DNA from: the human T2T-CHM13v2.0 reference genome, Homo sapiens
Length of the DNA: 64,000 nt
Assembly (NCBI RefSeq): GCF_009914755.1
Contig: NC_060925.1
Direction: 5' to 3' (one strand)
Below the pieces are notes generated by a model. That model had not been told where the DNA came from and ran no database searches. It worked only from the letters and a program-made list of their open reading frames with translations. Below, piece after piece: positions 52,643-64,000 of this stretch (its first letter is position 1; each line of letters starts with the position of its first letter). The position numbers were made by a program, and so were the translations under genes.

Positions 52643-54110
52643 ACACAGATGCACACAACCTCTTTCTCTCTTCCCTCAATCCTTGCAATAGAGCTTTATC
52701 AATTTGGAATTAAATCCACATGTATAATGCTATTGTTGTTACTATACACATATATTTCCTTCATAAGCCAAATAGTTGACACTACTTTGTTTTCTTGTAC
52801 AACTGCTTATTTTCTAAAATTAATAATTGTTTTTCCTTTGCTTGGCTTCTTTTTATCTCTAATTATTCACTCATATTCCAAAGTGTGCCCCTTAATACAA
52901 CTTCCCACCCAGTTAAACCTAATAAGTAATATATCTGTGCTCTCATCAAAACTCCCAGAATTCTACATTTTCTGGTTTCAATCTGTACTGGCAACTTCTA
53001 AGCCTGCTACATAGTAATTGCTTCCTATATTTGCCGTTGAGTCATCCTGGGAATTACTTTATCCTGTCTCCAATGTTAGATTTGTTTTTTAACAACCCTG
53101 TTTTGTTGGAACATATCCTCTAGTCGCTTCTAGGGAAAAGGTGAATTTAGAAATCTTTTTCCCCTTCAAACTTAAAATTATTGTTTTTCTCCTTTCTAGC
53201 TTGCAATATTGCAATATAGAAGTCCAATGCCACATCTTTATCTCTGGTGTTCTAAAATTTCATCATAATTCACTTTGTTGTAATCATTTTTCCAATCCTT
53301 GTTGTAGGCACATTGAGGGCCTTTATATTTTGAAGTTATGTTCTTCAATTTTAGGATTTTTTTGCATTTTTCTTAAAAATCACTTCTCCATCATTATCTC
53401 TTGAATGCCTCTTTATTATACGTTAGGCTTCATTTGTGGTTCTTCAAATTTTCTTTTCTTTTTTGCCTTTTCCTGTGTTCATTTCTTAATATTGCTTATT
53501 TTTCTGGAATTATTTTTTGACTGCAATTTATAACACTTTCATTAAAATTTTAGCTGCCATATATTAAGAATACTTTATTTTTCTCAAATTATTCTAGTTT
53601 TTAATAGCATTCTGTTGTTGATTTATGGTGAAATATCTTCTCCATCTCTCCAAAGATATTCATTCTTTCCATTGTCCACATTTTCTGTCAGTTCTGTTCT
53701 TTTGTTTATTTATGTCTCTTTATTTAAGTGTCTGATAATTCTTAGTTCTCTGTTCATAGTTAACCGTTAAAGAGTTTATGGAAAACCATGTATGTTGATT
53801 CAACTGTAAAATAATGGGCTTCTCTGTAGCACAAAAGAGTGACCAGTTAGGTTTTTCAATGGACCATCTGACTATTGTTATCTGTAGTTCTATAGTGATT
53901 TAATTTCTCAGGAGGATTCCTCCATTTCCCCTCTGCTGCTAGCATCTGGAGTTGGGCATAAGAGCAAAACATCTGGCATGGGGGTGGAGGAGGTGGTCTC
54001 AATATTCATTATTTTGCTATTAATAGTTACTCTTAATCCTAAAATTTTTAGTTCCCACCCATCCCAATTTTTATGTGTAGCTAGTATCCCTGAGCCCTCT
54101 CTAAGCATGT
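52340..54110 (-). mobile_element. Ancient L1M/HAL1-type fragments with a (CA)n microsatellite at ~52611-52647
   Basis: T-rich antisense old-L1 text such as caatatagaagtccaatgcc and ttctaaaatttcatcataatt; visible CA run. Confidence 0.5.
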
Positions 54111-54369
54111 TGTTTTATTTTGGTGCTTTTAATTAAAAAATTGTTTTTTTCTGTTGTCATTATTGTTTTATGTCAAATATATCCACTTGAAGTAGCACTA
54201 GTATAAAAGAAGATATCATCAATATAATCTTTCATTCAACAAATAGTGAGTGCGGGATCACTTTTCATAGGCAACTACAGGTCCATCTGTTTCTTCTCTC
54301 TTCATTTCCCAGCCAACTTGAGTAGTCAATTTTAGTAAATATATGGACCTTTTAAGTTTTGCTTTTATA

Positions 54370-54850
54370 TCCTGAGGATTTGGGACCAGAGAAACCTGTG
54401 CTTGGCCACTGTTTGACTATCTGTATGATGTTACATGACATTTCTGGATTTCAATGTTCTTATCATTAAAGTAAGCTAACTTCTGAGACTCTTCTTTCTC
54501 AACTGTAGCATGGGGATATAATATCTTTTATAGGTGTAATAATTACCTGACTAATAACATGTAAATTGCCTAGCACATAAATTTGTCCTAATTCCCTTTT
54601 CCCTGGAATCTTAATAGGTCATTGTATCAGGAATGATTAACTTTAGCTGTATATATTTTTTTAAAAAGGAAAATAGCTGAGGCTGAAACAAGATCTAGAG
54701 GGTCAATTCTATTTATGGCTGGAACTTAGGCTTTTTCTAGCTTTCTAACACTTAACAAATGGAAGTGACAATAATATTAGAAGGATGAAATGTGTATGAA
54801 GAACTTAGCATAATGAACACAAAAATGCATGATAACTGTTAAAAGGATAA
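54370..54850 (+). mobile_element. Two degraded MIR fragments
   Basis: catgtaaattgcctagcacata; tgtgtatgaagaacttagcataatg. Confidence 0.5.
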
Positions 54851-57454
54851 AAAGTCAATCAGTCAGGTTAGTCATAACCAATTACCTGACAGATAATCTG
54901 GAAATATAGTTGGTTTATCATGAAGAATGCACCTACCAAAAATCTGATAGCAAATTCTTACTTATCTACAATTGTCTAGAGTGAAAACAAGCAACTTGGC
55001 AGTTCAAATTGTACCTCCAGCAACAAATCCCCCACTATTCCACTTTAGGGCATGCAATGCTACTCCCCTAATGTTGTTTCCCCCTCGTGGCACATAGTCT
55101 CAATCTATTGATTGGATTGAAGACGGTAAGAAAAACAATAATGATAATCTCTCTGCATACTCTACATGAGGGTATCTGCTCTGAAAACTTTATTCATCTC
55201 GTCTACATTAACATCAGTTAAGACTGGCTTTTGTCCCATTCTTAAAAGATACTTGGTTTCTGTCAAAATTGGAAATAACCTCAGTAAATTTTAGATTTAA
55301 CTTTTGTCAGCATGCCATTGTTCTTTAGATATTTTCCCTCCAGGGCCTGGCAAAAATATTAAATTATTTCCAAGAAAAAATTATGATAACTTGAAGAATA
55401 AAAATGTTTTACTTTTCCTACAAGGTTTTTAATAATTTTCTGGAATGCTATAATTACTTTCTTCTAAATAGTAAGTGAAAGAATTTGCTAAAAATATCTC
55501 AGACCACTTTTTAGTTTTGCTTATTGTTCTGGAAACTTTGTTTCCTGAAACCATTTCAGAACCTATGGGATCCAAATAATTTATTAATGTGCACCAATTT
55601 TCATTATACTCTATGTAACTTGCAAAAAGCAAGATTTTCCACCTGTTACACTCAATTGTGTTGATCAACAAAAGGGCATATCTCCCCCATTCCATCTTGA
55701 CAGAGATGGTTTCTTTCTTTCCAGTTCCAACCAAAGAGAGCAGTTTCAAACAGCCTGTGAAATCCAAGTAGATTTCTACCATACAGAAGTCTATTTCCTG
55801 ATGGATTCTCTACCCTTTTTCCTGAATGATGGACAAAGAGTGATACGTGTTATGGATGGAAGATAGTGGCCAGCTCAGGATTGAGTGTCTTCAGAAATTA
55901 TGTCCAAATGAATCATGGACTGAACCCATTTTGTTATACTAAAATTTCCTTTGTGCACTAGAGGTCATAAAAATGTTTCACTGCCAAATCTAGACCACTT
56001 TATCCTCCAATGAAATTATGATTTCTAAAGCACAAAATCTAAGAAAAACTCACATTGGGTAGCAAGCAAGGCCAGCCAGTTCATCAATAGCCAGGCATAA
56101 AAGTCTACATGTTTCATTTTGCCAATAAGCTTGTCTGCTTCATCTGGTGCCAACAACTCAATCCTCTGAACATCACATATTGAATAAAGGAACCTTTTCA
56201 AATCTACGGAATACTTCAGTTCTCATCTTTCTAATGTATCATCTGATACAAGGGTTCATTCTATCCTTCTAGAGTTAATAAATGATTACTGTACCAAGTC
56301 TGATATTCTGGAGGTGCTGAAGTAAAAACTGCCCCAAACGTCCCCTCAGGACAGTGGTTATTTTTTAAAACAAATTTACTGTGTATCCTGGAGTTTCTAG
56401 AAGTTCACTTATGCAGAAAACTGAATACAACATTCACCACTGAGGTTTTAACTTTCCATTCTTTGTCAACAATTGTATAATAAAGAGAAAATAGAGCCGT
56501 AATTATGCAGGAGGAAAATAACTCAATTTAAATAATTGCGTCTGCGAAATTCAACTCTGTTGTCATAAAATTTTTGACTAAGAATCCTACAAAAGAATTC
56601 ACTCTGCTTGGTTTATTACTCAATAGAAATCTATGATAATCTGATAACAGCCACATTCCATATTGGAAATTTGTATGTTTCCATAGGTCTAAATTTGCTG
56701 ATGACCTATTTCAAGAGGGCAATCAACCTTTACCAAACTCACTGAGTTCATTTTTCCCTCCTTTGCACCAGATTGAGAGAATATTAACAGGCCCTAGCAG
56801 AATCTTTATGCTAAGAAGAAGGGAAGAACTTGCTTTTTTGCCCTGTGTACAAGAAGAGAAGGACTGAACAATGGTCTACAAGGGAAGCTTGGTGTCAGAT
56901 GTAGCAGAGGAGCATATATACGTGAGACAATTGTACCACATACACGATAGCAGGCCTTATTCTTTTCTGATGTGCAGTTCTTTATCCAGAGGATGCGGGC
57001 ATCTGTGGCACAGGCCAGTAACAAATCAAAGTGGAGCTACTGAGCTTACCCTGAGTGGGAGGCATCAAGATTGATAGTGTGATGTCTGTGAGTGAGAGGT
57101 GCTGAAGGCTGATGGGGTGGTGAAAGGAGCTGATATATTTAGATTACTTTACATGTTATTGTTCAATGCAAAGCCCTTCACGTGTGTTAGAGAGTAATAG
57201 TTTCTCTTCTTTTAATGATCTTTTAGTAGGAGAATGGACCAGATGACCTCTATAGGTGTCTCTCCACAGGGTAAGTCCAAGTTCTATATTCTTGGTAAAG
57301 GTTTGCCTCTCTAGGCCTTATATGTGAAACAACAGACTTGTTTGATGAGTTGTCTGCTCTCAGGGAGTTTACAATCTATTGCTGGGATAAGAATGCAAAC
57401 AAGAAATTTCTCAAAAGCAATATATGTCACTATGAAAAAAGAACAAAATATATT

Positions 57455-57570
57455 ACAAGGAGATGTTTGTCACTTTGGTTTATTACTGTATTTCTAGTAT
57501 CTCAGATAGTACCAATCACACTGTAGTTGTCCTATAAATATATTTGAATGGATGAATGAATGAGTGATTT
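57455..57570 (+). mobile_element. L2 3' end
   Basis: ggtttattactgtatttctagtatc...ataaatatatttgaatggatgaatgaatga. Confidence 0.7.
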
Positions 57571-57624
57571 CACACAAAATGTATTTAAGTCAAGATTAGA
57601 AGTTCCCAAACTGAATAGGTTTGC

Positions 57625-58480
57625 TCTCAAAAGATTACATACTGTATGATTCAGTTCATATAACACTATTGAAATAACACAATTATAGAAATTGTGAATG
57701 GATTACTGATTGCCAGGATTAGGCAGGGAAGGTGACTGTGGCTATATGAGGGTATTACAAGAGAAGTAGGGAGATGACTATGGCTATATGAGGGTATTAC
57801 AAGAGATCCTTGTGATGGAATTATTCTGTATCTTGATTGTGGTGGTAGTCACACAGATTTATACATGTGATAAAATTCCATAGAACTAAATAAACGCATA
57901 CACAAATGCATGTAAAACTGGTGAAATCTGAGTAATGTTGATAGAGTGTGTCAACGTCAATATTTTCTTTGTGATTTTGTGCCATAGTTATATAAAATAT
58001 TAAAACTGAATGACACTGGGTGAATAATATGGTTTGGCTGTGTCCCCAACCAAATCTCATCTTGAATTGTAGTTCACATAATCCCCACATGCCGTGGGAG
58101 GGACCCGGTGGGAGGTAACTGAATCATGGAGGCAGCTAACCTCATGTTATTCTCCTGATAGTGAATGAATTCTCACGAGATCTGATGGTTTTATAAGGGG
58201 CTTTTCCCCTTTTTGCTCAGCACTTCTCCTTGCTGCCACCATATGAAGAATGATGTGTTTGAAGCTTCCCCTTCCGCCACGATTATAAGTTTCCTGAGGC
58301 CTCCCCAGCCATGCTGAACTGCGAGTCAATTGAACCTCTTTCCTTTATAAATTACCCAGTCTTGGGTATGTCTTTATTAGCAGTGGGAGAACAGACTAAT
58401 ACAGTGAAGGATATACAAGCTCTCTCTGCATTATTTCTTATAATTGTAGATGAATCTACAATTATTTCAAAATAAAAGTT
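57625..58480 (+). mobile_element. L1MD-like 3'UTR interrupted by a THE1 LTR
   Basis: ttacatactgtatgattc...catgtgataaaattccatagaactaaat...tgaatctacaattatttcaaaataaaagttt. Confidence 0.8.
58025..58403 (+). mobile_element. THE1C/D solo LTR
   Basis: taatatggtttggctgtgtcccc...cagactaataca; perfect 5-bp TSD GTGAA. Confidence 0.95.
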
Positions 58481-58679
58481 TAGACACAATATCTGAATTG
58501 GTTTACTGGAGAAGGGTTCATGGAGAAGTGGGAATGAACTTGGCTTTGAAAAAATGGCAGGATTTGGATAGGAAGCGAGAAGAGTGCTTGGATGGTGTGG
58601 TGAATGGGCTAGAGAGTAGGCTATAAGAATCTCAAAGGAACAGTCATCCATGTGAATATGGAAGAAGCTGGCAGCATGG

Positions 58680-58932
58680 TTAATTTGGTGGCATGGTTTT
58701 TAGTAGCAAAAGTAGGAATTTTGAAGTTCAATCTCCCTCACCCTGTTGGCCAGTTCCTACACTGTCCTCTGTATGATGGCAGCAAACTCTCTAATCTCCG
58801 AATGTAGGGTTCCTCACTTGCATCACAGAGGGCATGATACTTTCTTGACAGTGATAGGAATATTAAACAAGCCAATGCATGTCAAGGGTCCAGCTCGGAT
58901 TTTGGCTCACGATAGATATTTAGCAAATACAG
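58680..58932 (+). mobile_element. Degraded MIR
   Basis: ttcctcacttgca...aatgcatgtcaagggtccagc...tggctcacgatagatatttagcaaat. Confidence 0.55.
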
Positions 58933-61604
58933 ATTCCTTTCTCCTGCCCTTAGACAAAGTCCTACAGGTAAAGCTAGGGTTCTTAGGTCAATCTCGAGGC
59001 AGGTTATCACACATTCGTAGCACTGCTCAGTGCTGGGGAAGCTGCATAATGGAGCAATGCCAGGAGGAGAAGCCTGTCACCCATTAGCCCTAAGCCACAG
59101 CAGAAGCCCAGTGTGGGCAGAGAATATGAGCGGGTGACGAGAAGTACCTTCAGTCTCTGGACTGGAAGGCACACCTGGCCTTGTGAGAGGAGAAAGACAA
59201 AGTTCTCAGAGCAGCCTGTCACAGCCAGAAGCTGTGACCACTGCTGCCTCTGCTTATGCTGCACAAGGCAAGGAAATAAAGCCAGGATGTCTTCTGGGCA
59301 GTGGCGGTGTGTCTATGCTGAGCCCAGGGCAGAGCTTCATTCCTTGTGCCCTGCACACGTCAGCCAGGATGGGAGCTGCTGGGAAAGCCAGCTGGCCGCA
59401 TAAGGAGATTCCCCTTCAGCAACAGCAACAGCAGCAGCCGCAAGAACAAAACAGAAAACTTTTAAATAAAATGTTTGCTCACATACCAACAATTTTCTTA
59501 AATCTACATGGAAGATTAGTACCAATTTGGAGACAGATGAAAGATCTAAAATAATAACTTTCCAAGGAGTGTTTCTCCCTCATTTTCTCTAATTTCAAAA
59601 TTCAAAATGATTACCATTTTAAAATCTTGGTTTGTGTGTGCGTGTGTATGTGTGTGTTTCCATGTGTATGTATGTGTGTGTTTTGTCTACAGTGAGTATT
59701 AGTACATTTTCTGCTATTTTCCTTCAAAGAAGAAAAACAGATTGGAGAGACGAAACTCTAAGCTGACAATATATAGTTTTGTAAATACAACATGTAACGA
59801 TACAAGCATTTACCAACAGGCATTAGCTGTAACAATATGAATTCCATGGCTGAGCAGCATAAAACATATTTAGAGCCATTGCTCTACAGCATGCTACTGA
59901 TGTCGTAGGATTGTGTTTATTGAGATGTACGGTGAAACCTAAGGAGCTGCTTGCACACAAGAAAGGAATCTAAATTGACTTCTCCAAATTTCTGCTGCTT
60001 TCAGGTAATAAAAATCTAACACTCTGGACTCTAAACAAAATCTTTGTCAAAATGAACAGTTAGTTTGAGATCTGGTCAGAAATGTCAGGCTAAGAAAATA
60101 AGTCAACATTTTTTGTGACGGTGGTAGTGGGTTTTTCTGTTGTGGTGGTGATTTTATTTTTGTATAGTTCCATTTGTTTTCTGTTTTTCACTGCTATTGA
60201 TACATCAGGCATCCAGTCATGAAAAACAATGTCCATGTCACTAAAATGGCCTCCAGGCATTCAGTATATCTACATTGGGGTTAAACATCTGTGTGAAGAT
60301 GTGACAGCACACCCTATAATAAAAGGTATTATTGAGTAATATAGACTTTCTGTAATAACCAAACAGTAAAGCATACAGCTTTTTAAAGGTCTCCCCATGG
60401 CTGATCTCATGACTCAAAGATAAGACACTGTGCTGCAAGCTAAGTAATAAAATCTCGAGGATACTCTGGGCTAGCTTGTGACAAATCATATCAAAGTATT
60501 ATTAAAGAAAGAACTTGAGACCCAAGACTATTATTGATTCTTGACAGAATTTCTTATAAATAAAGTGTTGCAATCAGGTCCCCGACTTGCCAAGGTCCTG
60601 GTAGAATTCTTCCTATTATAGGGGAGGCTGCAAAATAGTAATGCTCCATTAGTGAGAGACGAAAGCCTCTGTGTGCAGCACCACAAGGATGGGTCATGGT
60701 CAAAAGAGAGCCAATAAGAACACAATTTCCAAAGGCCTTTTAAGGCCCTCTTTGCTGATCCCTTTTTGAAATGGGTAAAGCTGCCTCTGAGCTTCAACGC
60801 AAAGCAGCCTGTGCCCTGACTGTGTTCACAGAATGAATCTGTGACCCTTCAGAGCACTAAGGACACACCTCCATTAGTGTCCATATTCTTACAGGGAAGA
60901 GGTTGATACAGTCAACTGAAATGACAGGGTGATAAATATAAAACCACTATCATCAATAAGACTGGAATGTAAAAGCACTTAGTTTCAGCCTAAGTAACTC
61001 ACAGAAAGTTTGGTTTCAAGAACCAATGCGTCATCCATCACTACTCTACCTTCTGTTGACAAAGTAATTGTACGATATCTAGAATGGAGGTTCAATACGA
61101 GCTGACATTTTTGAAAGGAGGAATTGTGTGCCGTACTTACTCATTAAATGTATTTTTCCTCTACTAAAGATGTTTCCTTTTTTAGTTTATGTATGAATAA
61201 CTTTAACTAAAGTTCCCTTGACACTCTGACTTTGCTCTGAATAGCACCTATGTTCATTAACATAAAACCTGAAAGAAAATAATTTTAATGTAGTTTTTTT
61301 AACACTTCAAAAGCCTCTAACAAATTGATCGAGCACAATTATGCATTCTAAAGGGAATTATAAAGAGATCACAGAAGGTTGAAAAGTTCTAGTTAAAAAA
61401 ATAAAAAAGAAAAACTTTGGGGTGATAAAGAAAAGAAAAATAGGCAGTTAATGTGAAACTACAAGATACATGAATAAAAGTAAACTTTGAATTTGTAGGT
61501 GTTTTTTACTTTTCTATAAATGCAGTGTTTGCAGAGAAGAATAAACAAGAACCCACACCAGGATAAGGCTCAGATAATTTGACAGAATAAGGTATATATT
61601 ATTC

Positions 61605-61820
61605 AAATGTATGAACTCTGGAGTCAGACAGACCTGGGTTTGAATTTCTGCTCTGCCACTTACCTGCACGATCATGAGCAAATTATTTTTTTCTAAAACT
61701 CAGTTTCTTCATTTGTAACCAATGTGAGGATTAAATAATACTTTTTTGTGCTTTTAAAAAATGTATTATTTAATTGTTAAGCACTTAACGTTGCTTTATA
61801 CACACGAGGCATCTAACAAT
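61605..61820 (+). mobile_element. MIR SINE
   Basis: ctctggagtcagacagacctgggtttgaatttctgctctgccacttac. Confidence 0.9.
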
Positions 61821-62064
61821 TTGGTCCTCCCAATTCCCAAACCAAGCAAATCATGAGATGATTAGCTCTCTCTCTTAAATCTTACAGAACTTTTTTGAAA
61901 GAAGTAATTGTCCTCATTAAAGTTCCAGGGTAGGAATAAGACAAACTCTGCTCTGAGGTGGGTGCATCAACTCAGGCTTAAATTTCTACCCCTGTTTAAT
62001 GGCAAGTGGAGCATTCTTGGCATTTCCTTGATCCATATATTTTTCTCGATCTTATTGCTTTTTG

Positions 62065-62275
62065 TAGAGTTTAGCTAAATCCCACCTCCTCCAAGGAGCC
62101 ATTCCAGATTCTTCCAGTTTGATTCCCACTTCTCCAGGGGGATATTGTTGGACTTAATTTCCATTATATAGTGAGGTCTTAGAGGGTAACAGCCCTGTCT
62201 GGTGTGCCTTTGTCCTCACAGTACCTAGCCTTGGCCTTTGCTAATGATGAACACTCAAGAAATACACCTTGAATG
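62065..62275 (+). mobile_element. L2 3' part (an antisense L2 tail follows at ~62430-62540)
   Basis: ttagctaaatcccacctcctccaaggagcc...cacagtacctagc...cactcaagaaatac. Confidence 0.65.
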
Positions 62276-62784
62276 TCTACTGATACGCTATCTTATAAGA
62301 CCAAGTTAGGGATAAAGTCCCAGAACTTGAAATAAAATCCCTAATTCCCAGATGAACCATGCCCCTAGCTCTTTGTTCATTCTGCAGATGTAGTCATTGT
62401 GATCACCATACCCAGTCACTGAAATTCAGGCAGCCAATCAAAACCATTTACTGAGCCCCAAAGTGTTGTAAATAAGGGATATGCAAGATAAATAAAAAGC
62501 TGTACACCAACCTTTGAGAAACTTACTATCTTGCTAAGAAAATATACATGAGGGGGATGTTAAAAACACACCACCACCATATGTAGGTTATAAATCTTAG
62601 GCTGCCAGGCAATAAACCTCAGCGGATATGTTCCCCCATTGCCCCGGGCCATTGTATACAAGTTATAGTACAGAGAGTGTATCAGTAAAACTATATTGGA
62701 CCTGTTGCTCTGCATGAGTTTAGATTTATATTTAGCTCGAAAGTCCAGGCAAGCAGGACAAATCTCCTCTCTTTTTTTTAAATT

Positions 62785-63045
62785 ACAGCCTTCCTAGTGG
62801 TTACAGACATGAGTGCTGGAGACAGTCTGCCTTGGTCAGCACCTCAGTTCCCTTTTTCACTTGTTTGGCCTTGGACAAGTCACTTAACTTCTTGATCTAT
62901 CACTTTCCTCATCTGTAAAATGGGAGTAAAAATCGGATGTTCCTCATAGCATTTTGGGGTTGATTAATTTGGTAAATTCAAGTCAAGCACTTACAACATT
63001 ACCTGTCACACAGTGAGCACTTAATACACACTGTTTATCATTAAT
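62785..63045 (+). mobile_element. MIR SINE, near full length
   Basis: ccttggacaagtcacttaacttc...tttcctcatctgtaaaatggga...cacagtgagcacttaata. Confidence 0.9.
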
Positions 63046-63374
63046 TGTTTCTTGGAAGCAGCGCATTTTGGCAAGAACACTGTTCACTAAGGCTGTTGAT
63101 TCCATGGCAAAAGTTATTCTCCAAAATTGAAAAACTTATCCTAGGCCTTATTGCTGGTTGGATTTTTCTTGCTTATTGATGAAAATTGCAAGGAAATAAA
63201 GAAGAGTGAGACAGGAGGGGCTAAAAGTTGTGACCCTTAGAAATTTCATGAGAAGTGTAAAATGGAGCAATGAAGACAGTGGTGATACCATAGAGGTTGT
63301 CCATCATTTATCTGAGAGAAGGGGGAGAGCAGTTAACTGTAAACCTCAGGCATGTGTTGATCTTGCAGTTTTAA

Positions 63375-63570
63375 CAGTTTGCCAGTACTTGACATGCACA
63401 TACCTATATACTTCCAAAAAATCCTCATTACAACTTTTATTATCTCCATTTTGGAATTTAGAATATGGAGACTCCGGGAATTTAGGTGACTTGTCCAAGG
63501 TGAGACAAACAGCATGTGTTGAGTCCAGTATTGGCTTCTGTCTAACCCCAAACCCTTTAGTCTTGCAAAG
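63375..63570 (-). mobile_element. MIR SINE
   Basis: attatctccattttgg...tttaggtgacttgtccaaggtgagaca. Confidence 0.75.
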
Positions 63571-64000
63571 ACACTCTTATAAAATAGTTCTTCAAGTAGA
63601 AGAAGAATCACTTTACCATGAATTAAATTTAGGGCCTACCTTTCACCCTGCACATAGGTTACAGCCACCAGTAAATTTCTCCTGAAATCTAGAAAGCAAC
63701 TGGCTTTAAACAGAATCCAGTGTATATATCATTTGTACAAAGCGGAGAACCTTTGATTCTTAACCTTGAAACTTCCTCTGCCCCAACACAACATTTAAGA
63801 GAAAAAAAGCAAATATTCTTTTGCTGTTTAGATGCTCTGTTGCCTGCCTTCTGCAGCAGCATTGAGGTCCCTGGAGCACCTGAACCCATTTATATTCCAT
63901 CTGTTTCTTGCCTTCCTAAAGCAATTTTATTGCGCCCCAGAAGGCTTTGCTTCTCTCAGAGAGGGGAGAAGCACTCAAAGACATACAGCATGCACCAGAG

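Noticed and set aside
59183-59554. 123-aa ORF with polyQ
   Set aside because: Non-ATG start, no recognisable domain, competing ORFs in several frames.

Overview
Non-coding primate genomic DNA (AluY and THE1 imply a catarrhine, probably human): AT-rich, CpG-depleted, intergenic or deep intronic. I find no credible protein-coding exon, RNA gene, CpG island or CRISPR array; the ORF track is explained by repeats, low complexity or chance. From about 9.2 to 31.8 kb the window is almost all nested transposons. These are an L1PA15/16-like element carrying two complete MaLR proviruses (MSTA, THE1A), an L1MB with an Alu inside a hAT MITE, a FAM, and an L1ME3-like element split by an L1P 5' half that itself carries an ERV1 LTR and a THE1 fragment. 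34-37.5 kb holds ERVL/MaLR LTRs and Alus. 45-64 kb is mostly unique sequence with MIR/L2 relics and homeodomain/SOX-motif-rich blocks that look like conserved enhancers. The most unusual items are a fossil Tc1/mariner (DUF4817-type) transposase with its left TIR at 7.1-7.5 kb, a tRNA-like cloverleaf in an enhancer-like block at 51.56 kb, and an L1 5' fragment with no 3' end that is still flanked by a 14-bp TSD at 42.5-44.6 kb. I cannot support a genuinely new biological system here. Subfamily names come from recalled consensus sequences and need RepeatMasker/Dfam confirmation; boundaries of old repeats are approximate.
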